The translations under genes were made by a program, and so were the position numbers. A stretch of 64,000 nt of DNA from an uncultured Actinomycetota bacterium (GTDB taxonomy: Bacteria > Actinomycetota > Actinomycetes > Actinomycetales > Dermatophilaceae), in NCBI GenBank assembly GCA_963707895.1, contig CAVPRS010000002.1:432202-496201 (forward strand), read 5' to 3'. The number at the start of each line of letters is the position of its first letter. Position 1 is the first letter of the stretch. The notes beneath the pieces are model-generated. The model ran no database searches, was not told where the DNA came from, and worked only from the letters and a program-made list of their open reading frames with translations. Of the stretch, positions 33,370 to 45,771 are shown piece by piece.

Positions 33370-35019
33370 GGGTCCTCCGTCGGGCTGAGCGGCAACGGCG
33401 ACCCGTGGAGGGTGTCGCCGGCGCGCTGCGGGAGGGTCAGCCGGAACCGAGAGCCGACGCCGCGCTCGCCCCAGGCCTGCAGCCAGCCGTTGTGCAGCCG
33501 GGCGTCCTCGAGCGAGATCGACAGTCCCAGACCGGTTCCGCCGGTGGTGCGGGCCCGGGCCGGGTCGGCACGCCAGAAGCGGGTGAAGACGTTGGCCGCC
33601 TCACCGGGGCGCAGGCCGACGCCGTGGTCCTCGACCACGACCGCGACGGCGTCGTCACCGACCTCCACGAAGACGTCGACCGGACGGCCCTCGCCGTGCT
33701 CGATGGCGTTGACGAGCAGGTTGCGCATGATCCGCTCGACCCGGCGCTCGTCGACCTCGGCCTCGGCCGGGTCCTCGGGGGCGTGCACGGTGACCGTGCT
33801 GCCCCGGCGCTCCGCGAGCGGCCGGGCCGCCTCCACCACCTTGGCGAGGGTGCCGCGCAGGTCGACGGGATCGACGTCGAGATCGGCTGCGCCGGCGTCG
33901 AACCGGCTGATCTCGAGCAGGTCGGAGAGGAGGTCCTCGAAGCGGTCGAGCTCGCCCGCGAGCAGCTCGGCCGACCGGCCCACCGTCGGCTCGAAGTCCT
34001 CACGCGACTCGTGGATCAGGTCGACGGCCATCCGGATCGTCGTGAGGGGGGTGCGCAGCTCGTGCGAGACGTCGGAGACGAACCGCTGCTGCACGGCGCT
34101 CAGCCCCTCGAGCTGGCGGATCTGCGACTGGAGGCTGTCGGCCATCCCGTTGAACGACGTGGCCAGGAGGGCGAGGTCGTCCTCGCCGCGGGTCGGCATC
34201 CGCTCGTTGAGCTTGCCCGCGGACAAGCCGCTGGGCCACCTCGCCGGCGCGACGCACGGGCTTCACGACCTGGCGGGTGACGACCCACGCGACTGCTCCG
34301 ACGAGCAGGGTGAGGATGATGCCGGCGATGACGAACGAGCTGCCGATGAGGCCCATCGTCGCGACCTCCTGCTCCATCGGGTAGATGAAGTAGAGGTCGT
34401 AGGCCCCGGCGTTGGGCACCTCGACGACGCTGCCGACGACGACGGCCGGAAGCGTCTCTCCGCCGAGGGTCACCTCGGTCATCTGCGTCTGCTGGCGGTC
34501 CGGGGATGCCGCCACGGCCGCCCGCAGCTCGGGGCTCACCGACTCGATGTCGAGGGCACCGCTCGTCAGGTTGGCGAGCACGATGTCGCTGTCGTTGCCC
34601 TCGGAGCGGTTCATGACGACGTAGCGGCTGGGCTGCGGACCCGGCTCGGCCAGGATGCGCGACATGATCTCCTGGGCCGCCTGGTCGAGGTCGTCGACCG
34701 ACGTCGACGTGGAGTTGTCCCAGCGGTTCTGGGCCTGGCTGGTGAGGTTGAGCGACTCGTACTCGGCCGTGTTCACCCGGTCGCTCTCGAGCCCGCCGGC
34801 GATCTGCTCGTGGAGCACGCCGCCGAGCAGCGACACCACGAACAGGCCGAGCAGCATCGTGGTGGTGACGACGCGCAGCTGGAGCGACTGCCGCCACCGG
34901 CGGGCGACGTAGGAGACGGTGCCGCGCACCGAGCGGGTGAGGTCGCCGAGGCCCCGGCGACCTCGCGCCCCTCCGGATGCCAGCGCCGTTCGCACACCGA
35001 GATCGGCGGAACCGGACAC
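33366..35019 (-). CDS. mtrB: Sensor histidine kinase MtrB, frameshift near 34225
   Basis: WRQSLQLRVV, FVSDVSHELRTPLTTIRM and FWRADPARARTTGGTGLGL motifs. Confidence 0.93.
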
Positions 35020-35021
35020 GC

Positions 35022-35699
35022 TCAGGCCCGACCTGCCTTGTACCCGACGCCCCGCACGGTGACCACGATCTCGGGGTGCTCGGGGTCGTGCTCGATCTTC
35101 GAGCGCAGCCGCTGCACGTGCACGTTGACCAGCCGGGTGTCGCCCGCGTGCCGGTAGCCCCAGACCTGCTCGAGGAGCACCTCACGGGTGAAGACCTGCC
35201 AGGGCTTGCGGGCGAGCGCCACGAGGAGGTCGAACTCCAGCGGCGTGAGGCTCACCTGGGCGCCGTCGCGGGTGACCGAGTGGCCGGCGACGTCGATGGC
35301 GAGGTCGCCGATGGAGAGGCGCTCGGGCTCGGGCTCGTCGCCGCGGCGCAGCCGGGCACGCACCCGGGCGATCAGCTCCTGGGGCTTGAACGGCTTGACC
35401 ACGTAGTCGTCGGCGCCGGACTCGAGGCCCACGACGACGTCGATGGTGTCGGTCTTGGCCGTGAGCATCACGATCGGCACGCCCGACTCGGCGCGGATCT
35501 GGCGACACACCTCGAGGCCGTCGAGGCCCGGGAGCATGACGTCGAGGAGCACGAGGTCGGGGCGGTACTCGCGGAACACGCCGATGGCGGCGGAGCCGTC
35601 GGCGACGTGGTCGACCTCGAGACCCTCGTTGCGCAGCACGATGCCGAGCATCTCCGCCAGCGCCAGGTCGTCATCGACCACCAGTACGCGACCCTTCAC
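35022..35699 (-). CDS. mtrA: Response regulator MtrA
   Basis: VLVVDDDLALAEML and VWGYRHAGDTRLVNVHVQRLRSKIEHDPE motifs. Confidence 0.96.
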   Translation of the reverse strand: MKGRVLVVDDDLALAEMLGIVLRNEGLEVDHVADGSAAIGVFREYRPDLVLLDVMLPGLDGLEVCRQIRAESGVPIVMLTAKTDTIDVVVGLESGADDYVVKPFKPQELIARVRARLRRGDEPEPERLSIGDLAIDVAGHSVTRDGAQVSLTPLEFDLLVALARKPWQVFTREVLLEQVWGYRHAGDTRLVNVHVQRLRSKIEHDPEHPEIVVTVRGVGYKAGRA

Positions 35700-35815
35700 G
35701 TCGGCCCCGTTCCTTTCCCTGGCAGTGCCACAAGTGACCACCATGCTCCCACAGCAGTCTGGGAAGACCCTGCAAACGGTAGGGGCCGACCCCCCACGCC
35801 AACTACGCTCAGCGG

Positions 35816-37431
35816 GTGACCCCCACCCCCCGCTTTCCCGGCTTCGACGCCTCGGCGAAGATCCGGCTCGCATTCGGGGTGCTGAGCGGCTTCGTCGCGA
35901 TCCGCACCGGGACCGTTCCCGAGGTCCTGCCCTGGTTGCTGCTCGTCGTGGTGCTGGACCTCGTGGTCGTCGTGCTCGAGGGGGCCCTGGTCTACCGACG
36001 CGGCATCACGAACACGGTGCTCCTCACCCTGCTCTGTGCGTCTGCTGCGGCAGCCGGCGCCGGATACGCACTCACCGACACGGCCACGGGCGCGAGCGCG
36101 GCGACCGCCCTGCTGGTCCTCATCCCGGCGTACCACGCGGGCTCGAAGTACGGCCGGTTCGGCTTCCTGCTGACCTGTGTGGTCGCCAGCATCGCCTTCC
36201 TGGTGTCGGCTCTGCTGTACACCCAGAACGACAGCCTCCGGGTCGGGCTGATCGCCTGGATCGGCGCCGCGCATCACTCCTGGGCGTGCTCGGGGCGTGG
36301 AACAAGCGGCTGACCGACGAGCAGGAGACGGACGTCGACCCCGCCGCGCGCGAGGCGATCGAGCTGATCCAGCGCCTGCAGGACCTGTCCGGCCAGATGT
36401 CGACCGGGCTCGACGCGCCGGCCAGCGCGTCGCTGGCCCTGGACCTGCTGTCGGCGGAGGTGTCGTCGACCCGCAGTGCCGTGCTCGTCACCCACGACGC
36501 CGAGCACCTGGTGCCGGTGGCGCTGCGCGGCTCGACCCGGGCGCCGTGGCACATCGCCGACCACGTGGCCGACCTGCTGCGCACCAACCCCGCGAGCTGG
36601 GTGCCGACCGAGGTCTCGTTCACCGACGAGCTCGGCCGCCGCCGGGCCCTCGTCGTCCCCTTCGCCCTGGGCAACGGCTCGACGACCGTGGTCGTGGCGG
36701 AGCGGCCGGACGGCAAGCCCTTCAGCGACGCCGAGCGGCAGATCGCCCGCGACGTGACCCGTCGCATCGCCCCGACACTGCAGGCCGGTCTGCTCTTCGG
36801 CACGCTGCGCCAGTTCGCCAGCCTGGAGGAGCGCAACCGGATCGCCCGCGACATCCACGACGGCATCGCCCAGGAGCTCGCGGCCCTGGGCTACCAGGTC
36901 GACGCGCTGCGGGCCCAGGCCGGCCCGCCCGGCATCCCGATGAGGGACGGCCTCGACGGGCTGCGCGAGCAGCTCAGCGAGGCGATGGCCGACCTGCGCA
37001 TGCACATCACCGACCTGCGGGTCGCGGAGCGCCCCGGCACCGGCCTGGGTGCGGTGCTGGGCGCGGCCGTGCAGAGCTTCGGCAGCGTCACCGGCGTGCG
37101 CACGACGGTCACGGTGAGCGAGGGCCAGCGGCGGATGGACCCGCGGGTCGAGATCCTCATCCACCGGCTGGTCATGGACGTCCTCGCCGACGCACAGGCG
37201 TGCGGGGCCCGCAACGCCTGGGTCAGCCTCACGACGTCGGTGGCCGGCCCGGCCATGGTCGACGTCTCCCACGACGGCGACCCGAGCACCTCACGGCGCA
37301 GCTTCAAGGACCCCGCCCTCGAGGGACTCGACGCGACACTCTTCGTGCGCACCGAGACCAACGGGCGCACCACCGTTAACCTGACGGTTGAGGAGCCGAC
37401 GCCCGTCGGCGCCTTCCGGGACATGCGATGA
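35816..37431 (+). CDS. Membrane sensor kinase-like protein (TM, GAF-like, HisKA_3), frameshift near 36270; ATP-binding domain degenerate
   Basis: EERNRIARDIHDGIAQEL H-box; N-terminal TM helices in ORF 35816..36313. Confidence 0.82.
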
Positions 37432-37445
37432 CGCAAGGAGGAACC

Positions 37446-38100
37446 ATGGGTATCAGCGTCGCTCTCGTCGACGACCACGCGGTCGTGCGCGAGGCAGTGG
37501 CCGGCATGCTCGTGGCCCAGGGGGACATCACCGTGGTCGGCCAGGCCGGCTCGCTGTCCGACGGCCAGGCCCTCCTCGACCGCCTGTTCGCCGCTCCCCC
37601 ACCCGGCAGCCTCGTCGCCGTCATCGACGTCACCATGCCCGACGGCAGCGGCCTGTCCCTCGTGCGCGTCCGCCCGCGAGCGCAACAAGGACATCGGCCT
37701 CGTCGTGCTCACCATGCTCAACGACGACTCCACCCTGCTCGAGGCCCTCGATGCCGGTGCGTCGGCGCTGGTGCGCAAGAGCGCCCCGTCGGAGCAGGTC
37801 ATCTCGGCCGTGCGCCGCGCTGCGGAGATGCCGGGCGAGTTCAGCGCCAGCGGCCTCGCCGAGGCGATGCGCCGCCAGAGCGAGACCCCGCAGACCACCC
37901 TCACCACGCGCGAGACCGAGGTGCTCCGGCTGCTCGTCGAGGGCTCGTCGGTGGCGCAGGTCGGCCGTCAGCTCTTCATGAGCCCGTCGACGGTCAAGAC
38001 CCACATCGGCAAGATCTACGACAAGCTCGGCGCGCACAACCGCGCCAGCGCCGTGATCGCCGCCGTGCGCCTGGGCCTCGTGGCCGACGTCGACCGCTAG
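37446..38100 (+). CDS. NarL/LuxR-family response regulator, frameshift near 37670
   Basis: LVDDHAVVRE, IDVTMPDGSGL and LTTRETEVL...SPSTVKTHIGKIYDKL motifs. Confidence 0.88.
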
Positions 38101-38165
38101 TCAGCGACCGGCGTCAGCCCGCGCCGTCGTCCCACTCACGACCCGTTCCGCTCAGGCGGAGCGGC

Positions 38166-39083
38166 TCAGAGCGCGCCGCCGGAGAAGGCCTTGACCATCG
38201 TGATCGCGCCGGGCCCGATGATGACGATGAACAGGGCCGGGAAGATGCACAGCAGCAGCGGGAACAGGATCTTGACGGTGACCTTCTGCGCCTTCTCCTC
38301 GGCCCGCTGACGCCGGATGACGCGCATCTCCTTGGTCTGCTCACGCAGCACCGAGCCCACGGGCAGACCGAGGCGGTCGGCCTGGACCAGGGTGCTGACG
38401 AAGGTCTTCAGCTCGGGAGCCGTGGTGCGCTCGCCGAGCGAGGCGAACGCGTCGGCGCGGGACTTGCCGATCTGGATCTCGGAGAGCACTCGGGCGAACT
38501 CACCGCCGATGGGTCCGGTGACGGTACGCGCCACCTGGAGGATCGCGGCGTCGAAGCCCTGACCCGCCTCGACGCAGACGGTGAGCATGTCCAGCGCGTC
38601 GGCGAGCCCCTTCTGCAGCTCCTGCTGCCGCTTCATGCCGGCGTTGTAGAGCAGCAGGTCGGGCAGGAAGAAGCCCACGGCACCGGCCGCGGCGGCGATG
38701 ATCAGCCCCTTGACGCTGAAGCCCACGATCAGCAGGGCCAGGATCGTGCCGATGACCAGGCCGAGGCCCTTGGCACCCATGATCCGCTCCACCGACCAGC
38801 TGACCGGGTTGCCGGCCCGGTCGAGGTTGCGGGCCATCCGGCTGCCGGTGCCCGCCGGGGAGACCCGCACGGCGAGCCCGCGCAGCCGGTTGAGCATCGG
38901 CCCGAGGACGCGGTCCTGGAGGCCGAGCTCGTTCTTGGAGACCTCGCGCGTGGTGGCGGTCTGGTTCAGCAGCTCGAGCGAGCGCGCCACACCGGTCGAC
39001 TGGGTCGACCCCATGAGCGAGGCCACGACGACCACGACGACGGCCAGGACGAAGAGCAGGGTTCCGAACAGGAGCAGTCCCAT
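38166..39083 (-). CDS. tadC: Tad platform protein TadC
   Basis: DALDMLTVCVEAGQGFD, QRAEEKAQKVTVKILFPL and IFPALFIVIIGP motifs. Confidence 0.93.
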   Translation of the reverse strand: MGLLLFGTLLFVLAVVVVVVASLMGSTQSTGVARSLELLNQTATTREVSKNELGLQDRVLGPMLNRLRGLAVRVSPAGTGSRMARNLDRAGNPVSWSVERIMGAKGLGLVIGTILALLIVGFSVKGLIIAAAAGAVGFFLPDLLLYNAGMKRQQELQKGLADALDMLTVCVEAGQGFDAAILQVARTVTGPIGGEFARVLSEIQIGKSRADAFASLGERTTAPELKTFVSTLVQADRLGLPVGSVLREQTKEMRVIRRQRAEEKAQKVTVKILFPLLLCIFPALFIVIIGPGAITMVKAFSGGAL

Positions 39084-39084
39084 G

Positions 39085-41097
39085 TCACACCTCGATCTTT
39101 ACTACCTTGGACATCCACCAGACGCCGATGGCCATGGAGATGAGACCTGCGACGGACATGACGATCCCCATGAGGGTCGTCCAGAGGAGGCTGACGTAGG
39201 CGTAGTTGGTCATCATGCTGAACGAACAGCACGCCGATGGGCAGGGCGATGAGGATGTAGCGCCGAGAGCTTGCCCTCGGCCGACAGCGTCTTCACCTGG
39301 CGCTTGAGCATCTCGCGCTCGCGCAGCGTGGCGGCCGTGGTGCGCAGGGTCTCGGCCAGGTTGCCACCGACCTCGCGCTGGATGCGGATCGCCATGGTGG
39401 TCCAGCGCATGTTCTGGCTGTCCATCCGGGCACCCATGTGGTCGAGGGCGTCACTGACGTCGGACCCGATCCGCGCCTCGGCCAGGGCTCGGGAGAACTC
39501 CTTGGCGGCCGGCTCGGGGGCGTCCTTCGCCACCGAGTCCAGCGCCTGCAGCAGGCTGAAGCCGGAGGCGAGGGAGGTGGCCACCAGCATCAGGACGTCG
39601 GGAAGGGCGGCCTCGAACTTGCGGGCGCGGCGTCTGGCCAGGTAGCGCAGGATCACCGGCGGCACGATGAAGCCGACGACGAGGCCGAGGATCAGCCCGA
39701 TGATCTGGTGCGAGCCGAACAGGACGAAGCCGCCGATCGCCGCGATGACCACCGCGAGGATGCGCAGCACGAACCACTCGCCCGCGCGCCACGGCAGGTC
39801 GGCGCGGTCCATGAGCTCCATCGTGCGGGTCGTCGACTCACGACCCGACATCACCTTGTCGCCCATGCTGACGAGCTGGGCCGAGATGGCCGTCGGGGTC
39901 GCGGACTGACGAGCCGGAGCAGGCGCCCGGCCGAAGCCGTAGGCCTCGATCGAGGTGAGCCGCTCCTTCTTCGACGACTTGAAGGCGTCACCCATGAAGG
40001 CGGTGACGAGGAAGAACAGGCCGAGCACCAGGACCGCGATGGAGGGGTAGAGCACCATCGGGGACAACGCCGAGAACGGGCTGGTGTCCCTGAGCGGCGG
40101 CGAGGCGGAGAGCGTGGGCGCCTGGGTCGTCGGCACCACCACGGGAGCGGTGTCGCCGAGGTCGACCGCCGAGCGGGCCTCGAACGGCTGGCCACCCGCG
40201 GTTCCGGTCACCACCACGTCCTGCGTGCCGGCGACACCGGCGGGTCGCTCGATCTCGAGCACCGCCTGGGACGTGAGGGCACGCGCGGCAGCCGCGAAGG
40301 CACCTGACGCCGCCGCACGGTCGCCCGCGTTGGCCACCGAGCCGCCCCCGGCCTTGGCGAACTCGCCGAGGACGCCGCTGTTGCTCTCGGGGCTCTTGAA
40401 CGCCACGACCTCGGCCCGGACCTTGGCCTTCTTCAGCGCGTCGAGGGCCTTCTGCTTCTCACTTGCGGCCCCGGCTGCGCCGCCCTCGATCTCGGCCACG
40501 GTGTCGCCACCGTCGCTGAGCAGGACGATGCTGCGCTCACCCTTGGTGCCCAGGGCGTCGACCGCATCCTGGATCCCCGCGTACAGGGACGTCTCGCCCT
40601 TGGACACGAGGCTGGCGACCTCACGGCGAACCTTCTCGCGGTTGGTGGTCGGTGCCACGTCGACACCGGAGGTCGAGGCGAACGACACCACGCCGACCTT
40701 CACGTCATCGGGGACGGCAGCCAGGAAGTCCTTGCACGGCGGACCGCACGGTGCCCATGCCGGCCGCACCCATCGACCCGCTCGTGTCGATCACGAGCAT
40801 CGTCGACCGCGGCTGCTGCGCGGCGGGCGACACCTTGACGGTTGCCGGCTTGCCGCCGACGGTCACCTTGACGGTGGTCGGGTCGACGGCGAGCGCCTCG
40901 GCACCACGCAGGACGAGGGTGCTCGAGAGCGCCTCGGTCGTCGTGCGCAGGTCACTGAGCGTGGCGGGCACCGGTTCGGCGGCCATCGCCATCGGTGACA
41001 CGACGCCGACCCCGGCGACCGCCACGAGGGCAGCGGTCACCAGCCGGCCGAGCCGGCGAAGGCCCGTCCGGTCGGCGTGGGAGGAGCGAGCCATCAT
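39085..41097 (-). CDS. tadB: VWA-domain/TadB fusion, frameshifts near 40735 and 39260
   Basis: Signal-like N-terminus, MIDAS VIDTSGSMG, LLSDGGD; then LPDVLMLVATSLASGFSL, IQREVGGNLAETL and TLSAEGKLSA. Confidence 0.88.
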
Positions 41098-42467
41098 CGA
41101 GAGCCGTTCAGGAACAGGGTGGTGGGCAGGTCGACCCCGAGGTCGGCCAGGTCCTGCGCGAACTTGGGGCGCAGGCCGGTGGCCGTGAGCGTGCCCCGGA
41201 ACCGGCCGGCGTCGTCGCGACCGGCCGCGAAGTCGAAGGTGAAGAGGTCCTGGAGGGTGATGACGTCACCCTCCATGCCGACCACCTCGGAGATCGCGGT
41301 GATCCGTCGCGACCCGTCCTTGAGGCGGGCCTGCTGGATGATCACGTCGAGCGCGCCGGCCACCTGCTCGCGGATGGCGCGAACCGGCAGGTCGACACCA
41401 CCCATGAGCACCATGGTCTCGAGGCGGGACAGCGAGTCACGCGGGGTGTTGGCGTGCACGGTGGTGATCGACCCGTCGTGGCCGGTGTTCATGGCCTGGA
41501 GCATGTCGAGCGCGGCGCCGTCACGAACCTCACCGACGACGATGCGGTCGGGACGCATACGCAGTGAGTTCTTCACCAGGTCGCGGATCTCGATCTGGCC
41601 GCGACCCTCGATGTTCGCCGGGCGCGACTCGAGCCGCAGCACGTGCTCCTGGTGCAGCTGGAGCTCGGCGGCGTCCTCGATGGTGACGATCCGCTCGTCC
41701 TCGGGGATGAACGACGAGATGACGTTGAGCGTCGTGGTCTTGCCGGAGCCGGTACCGCCGGAGATGACGATGTTGCGACGTCCCAGGACACAGGCCTTGA
41801 GGAAGTCGCGCACCATCGGCGAGAACGTGCCGAAGGCGATCAGGTCGGCGTCGTTGAACGGGTCCTGCGAGAACTTTCGGATGGTGAGCATCGCGCCGTC
41901 GAGCGCCACCGGGCTGATCACGGCGTTGACGCGGGAGCCGTCGGGCAGTCGCGCGTCGACGAGCGGGCTCGCCTCGTCGATGCGCCGGCCGACGCGGCCC
42001 ACGATCTTGTCGATCACGCGGCGCAGGTGCGCCTCGTTGCTGAAGCGGGCGTCGACCGGGTAGAGCCGACCGGCCCGCTCGACGTAGACGTAGTCGGCGC
42101 CGTTGACCATGATCTCGGAGATGTCCGGGTCACGCAGCAGCGGCTCGAGGGGGCCGTGGCCGAGGATCTCGTCGGAGACCTCCTGCGCGATGCGGGTGCG
42201 GTCGGCGTGCGAGAGCGGCGTCTGCTCCGCGTCGATGGTCTCCTGGAGCGTCTGGCGCACCTGGGCGGCCAGCTCGGCCTCGGGAAGGTGCGGGTCGTAC
42301 AGGCGCGGCCCGAGGTTGTCGATGAGGGCCTGGTGCACCCGGCCCTTGACCTCGGTGAAGGGGTCGGAGGCGCGCCGGCGTCCGCCGCGGGCCTGCTCGG
42401 TCGGTGACGTGGGCTCGGTCGGCAGTGCGCTGCGACGTGCGCTGTCGAGACGGTCGGCAAGGCTCAT
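41094..42467 (-). CDS. cpaF: Tad pilus assembly ATPase CpaF/TadA
   Basis: ISGGTGSGKTT, IEDAAEL, LRMRPDRIVVGEVR and AMNTGHDGS motifs. Confidence 0.96.
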   Translation of the reverse strand: MSLADRLDSARRSALPTEPTSPTEQARGGRRRASDPFTEVKGRVHQALIDNLGPRLYDPHLPEAELAAQVRQTLQETIDAEQTPLSHADRTRIAQEVSDEILGHGPLEPLLRDPDISEIMVNGADYVYVERAGRLYPVDARFSNEAHLRRVIDKIVGRVGRRIDEASPLVDARLPDGSRVNAVISPVALDGAMLTIRKFSQDPFNDADLIAFGTFSPMVRDFLKACVLGRRNIVISGGTGSGKTTTLNVISSFIPEDERIVTIEDAAELQLHQEHVLRLESRPANIEGRGQIEIRDLVKNSLRMRPDRIVVGEVRDGAALDMLQAMNTGHDGSITTVHANTPRDSLSRLETMVLMGGVDLPVRAIREQVAGALDVIIQQARLKDGSRRITAISEVVGMEGDVITLQDLFTFDFAAGRDDAGRFRGTLTATGLRPKFAQDLADLGVDLPTTLFLNGSR

Positions 42468-43643
42468 TTACGCCCCCTGAAGAGACTCTTGCGCTGGGTG
42501 GGTGCCGTCTCGGCGACGGGCTCACCACCGAAGCGCTGGCGGACATGGACCTCGGCGAGCTCGCGCAGCGCGAGCTGCCACGGGGCCCTTCGGGTCGTCG
42601 AGGACGATCGGAACGCCCCGGTTGACGGATGCGGGCACGGTCAGCGAGTTCGGGATGTTGACCGCGATCGGCGTCTTGATCGCGGCGACCACGTCGTCGG
42701 GGCGCAGGCCCACCTTGGCGTCGGCCCGGTTGAGCACGATGACGCGGGCGTCCTTCGGGCTGCCGATCATGTCGAGCGTGTCCATCGCCACCCGCAGGTT
42801 CTTCACGGCCGGGATGTCGAGCGTGGCGATGAGCACCAGCCCGTCGGACATGTCGCAGGCCGCGAGCACGTGCTCGGTGAACGACGGCGGGGTGTCGACG
42901 AAGACGAAGTCGTAGTGCTGACGGGCCACCTTGATCAGCTCGGTGATGGTGGTCACCGGGATCCGGTCGGCGTCGCCCGGGTCGTTCGGGGCGCAGATGA
43001 CGTCCAGGCCGCTGTCGTGGTGCTTGGTCACCAGCGAGGTGATCGCCGACTCGTCGAGGTGGCCGGCCATCGACACCGCGTCGAAGACCGACTTGCCCGG
43101 GATCAGCTGGAGGCTGATCGCGACGTCACCGAAGGCGAGGTCGAGGTCGAGCAGGAGGGTCTTGGTGCCGGTGCTCGCGAAGTAGGTGCCCAGGTTGGTC
43201 GACAGCGTGGTCTTGCCGACCCCGCCCTTGGCCGAGAAGACCGTGACGACCTTGCCCTCCTTGACCGGGCCACCGCTCGCGTGGCCGATCAGCCGGGCCG
43301 TGAGGTCGCTGCTGCGGCGCAGGGCCTCGACGAGGGCCGAGTGGTCGTCGGCGACGACGACCTCCCGGACCCCGCTGCGCAGGGCCTGGGAGAGCGCGGT
43401 CACGTCGACCCGGTGGCGGAGCAGGATGACGCCCAGCTCGGGCCGGTCGAGGCGCGCCGCCTCGGCGAGCTCACAGGCCTGCTCGAGAAGCACCTCCGGG
43501 CCGATGATCACCTGCTGGATGGCAGGGTTCTCGTGGAGGGCGCGCGCGACCATGGCCGCGGAGTCCAGGGCTTGGGTGTCACCACCGAGCGCGAACTGAT
43601 ATCGCTCCAGCGCACTCGAGTCGGCGTCCCAGAGGATGTTCAC
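42464..43643 (-). CDS. cpaE: CpaE/TadZ pilus localisation ATPase, frameshift near 42570
   Basis: Receiver-like N-terminus; FSAKGGVGKTT, LDLDLAFGDV and FVDTPP motifs. Confidence 0.9.
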
Positions 43644-44444
43644 TTACTTCACCAGCCCGGGAAGGATCGTCAGGTCGGTCGTGGTGAGCCTGGGGTCGAC
43701 CTTGAGCTCCGGGCCGCGCAGGCCCGCGTACAGCGTGTAGTTGTTGACGCCGTGGATCAGCTTGGTGGCGTGCTCGGGCGTCACCTCGACGGTGACCAGG
43801 AACTGCGGCGTGGCGTTCGCTGGCGCTGCTGCGTCCGGGTTGTCCGGGTCGGCCTGCGCGGCGCTGCGGCGTGAGCGAGTTGCGCCCCCATCGCGATGAC
43901 CTTGACGTTGTCGAGGAGCACGGAGGTCCCCTTGACGTCGGCGTCGTTGAACGCCTTGGCCTGCTCGGTCGCGCTGGTGTCCTTGAGCTTGTAGGACATG
44001 AAGAGGGTGAGGAAGGATCCGGGCCGCAGGAAGTCACCCACGCGGGCCGGGTCGCTCAGGGTCAACGAGATGGCGAGCTTGCCCGAGGCCACCTGAAGCG
44101 CCGTCTGGCCCGAGGGCGTCTCGCCGAAGCCCGCGGCCAGCACGTACTGGCCCGGCGCGATGTCGGTCAGCGCCACGAGCGCGCTGTTGCTGTCGTCGAC
44201 CGTGGTCAGCGCGCCCGCCGGGAGCGACCGCGCGGCGACCTGGGTCTGGGTGATCTCCTGGAGCCTGCATGGCCTCCTTGAGCGAGGTGCCCGCCGGGAC
44301 GACGGCGTTCGAGACGTAGACCGTCGTGGGGCTGGCCGCTGCGACCGCCCGGTTGTCCGCCCCACGCGCGTAGAGCAGCACGAGAACGGCGCCGATCAGC
44401 GCGATGACCGCTGCCGCCGCGATGGCGAGGATGCGTCGACCCAT
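43644..44444 (-). CDS. cpaB: Flp pilus assembly protein CpaB/RcpC, frameshifts near 44270 and 43880
   Basis: N-terminal TM, SAF segment (VPAGTSL...IAPGQYVL), ARVGDFLRPG and VLLDNVKVIAMG motifs. Confidence 0.88.
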
Positions 44445-44500
44445 GATGAATGTCCTTCAGGAAGTAGTGGAGCGTGTGAGTTGTGAGTACGTGGAGGAGG

Positions 44501-45771
44501 TCAGCCGGCGGGGACGACGGCGTAGGTGCCGAAGTTGCCGCCGCCGCTGGGCGGACCGGAGATGGCCTGGGAGGTGAGCTCGCCCTTGAGGAACCAGCCG
44601 GAGATGCAGCGGTCGCCGCCGCTGCAGGGGAACTGGTTGCTGACCAGGCTCTTGACCTTGTTCGGCTGCCGGGGACGTTGAGGCGGTAGCCGCTGAGGTA
44701 GAACTGCGCGTACCCGGCGCGGTGGAAGTAGGCGTTGCTGCCGTTGCCGGTGGTGCACCCGTTGACCGGGGGCTCCTGTGCCGGCAGGGAGTTGTTGGTG
44801 CAGTCGAAGATCGGGATGTTGATGACCTTGCCGACCAGGATGCTCAGGTTGCACGAGATGTTGTTGCCGGTGTCGGTGTTCATCCAGTGGTACGGGTAGT
44901 CGACGAACTGGCACGGGTCGGAGGTGGTCTGCAGGGTGCCGAAGCCGCCGGGCAGGGCGTGGCCGCTCCAGGTCGGGCAGCTGCTCGGCATGGTCGCCCC
45001 GCCGGGCGGGTTCTGGGTCAGGAGGATGACCTCCTGGCCCTGGGTCTGCGCCGGCGGGGTCGCGGCCGCGGCCGGCCAGGGCGGCTGCCCGGCGCCGCCG
45101 TAGCCGTAGGCGTTGGACGCCGTTGTAGACCGGCGAGGGGTAGTAGGCGCCGCCGCCGCCGCCGGTGGTGCCACCGGTGGCGTGCTGCCAGTCGCAGGCC
45201 GAGAAGGTGATCGGCAGCTCGCTGGTCTGGTCGGCGGGGGTGCCCACGGCGGCGCGGGCGCAGGCGCCGGCCGAGCTGGTCGTGGAGTTGCCGTTCAGCC
45301 CGGCGATCCAGTTCTGCATGAAGTTGTTGCGCCCGGCACCGTTCGCGGTCTGGGTGCGGGTGCGCACCTCGACGTAGGGCAGGCCGGTCATCGCGGCCAG
45401 GGCCGGCGGCAGCGGGCGAGCAGTCGGCCCAGGCGCCCGTGGACGGGATGGCGCGCAGTCGACAAGGGTGCTGCCCGGCATGTTCGGTCGCGCACTGCGA
45501 CTGGATGCCGGAGACCTTGTCGTTGGCGTTGTTGTCGACCAGGTTGGCCAGCGAGTCGGCGCCGGCGACGCAGTTGTTCTTGGCGCACGACTGGGCCAGC
45601 GACATCGGCGGCCGCGTCGGCGGAGTTCTGCAGCTGGCGCTTCTCGACCAGGATCTGGCCGACGTCGAGGGAGAGCGCGAGGAACCCCAGCAGCACACCC
45701 CCGGCGAGGAGGACGGCCACGACGGTGACGACGGCACCGTGCTCGCGACGACGTGAGCGGTCGGACCTCAT
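44501..45771 (-). CDS. tadG: TadG-like pilus-associated protein/adhesin, several frameshifts
   Basis: EHGAVVTVVAVLL...DVG...RQLQNSADAAA; Cys-rich body, PGGFGTL, GNGSNAYF; ATGA overlap with tadE. Confidence 0.8.

Noticed and set aside
33366-35019. mtrB and other split genes as pseudogenes or programmed frameshifts
   Set aside because: Both halves are well conserved and no slippery-site pattern is evident; sequencing error is more parsimonious.
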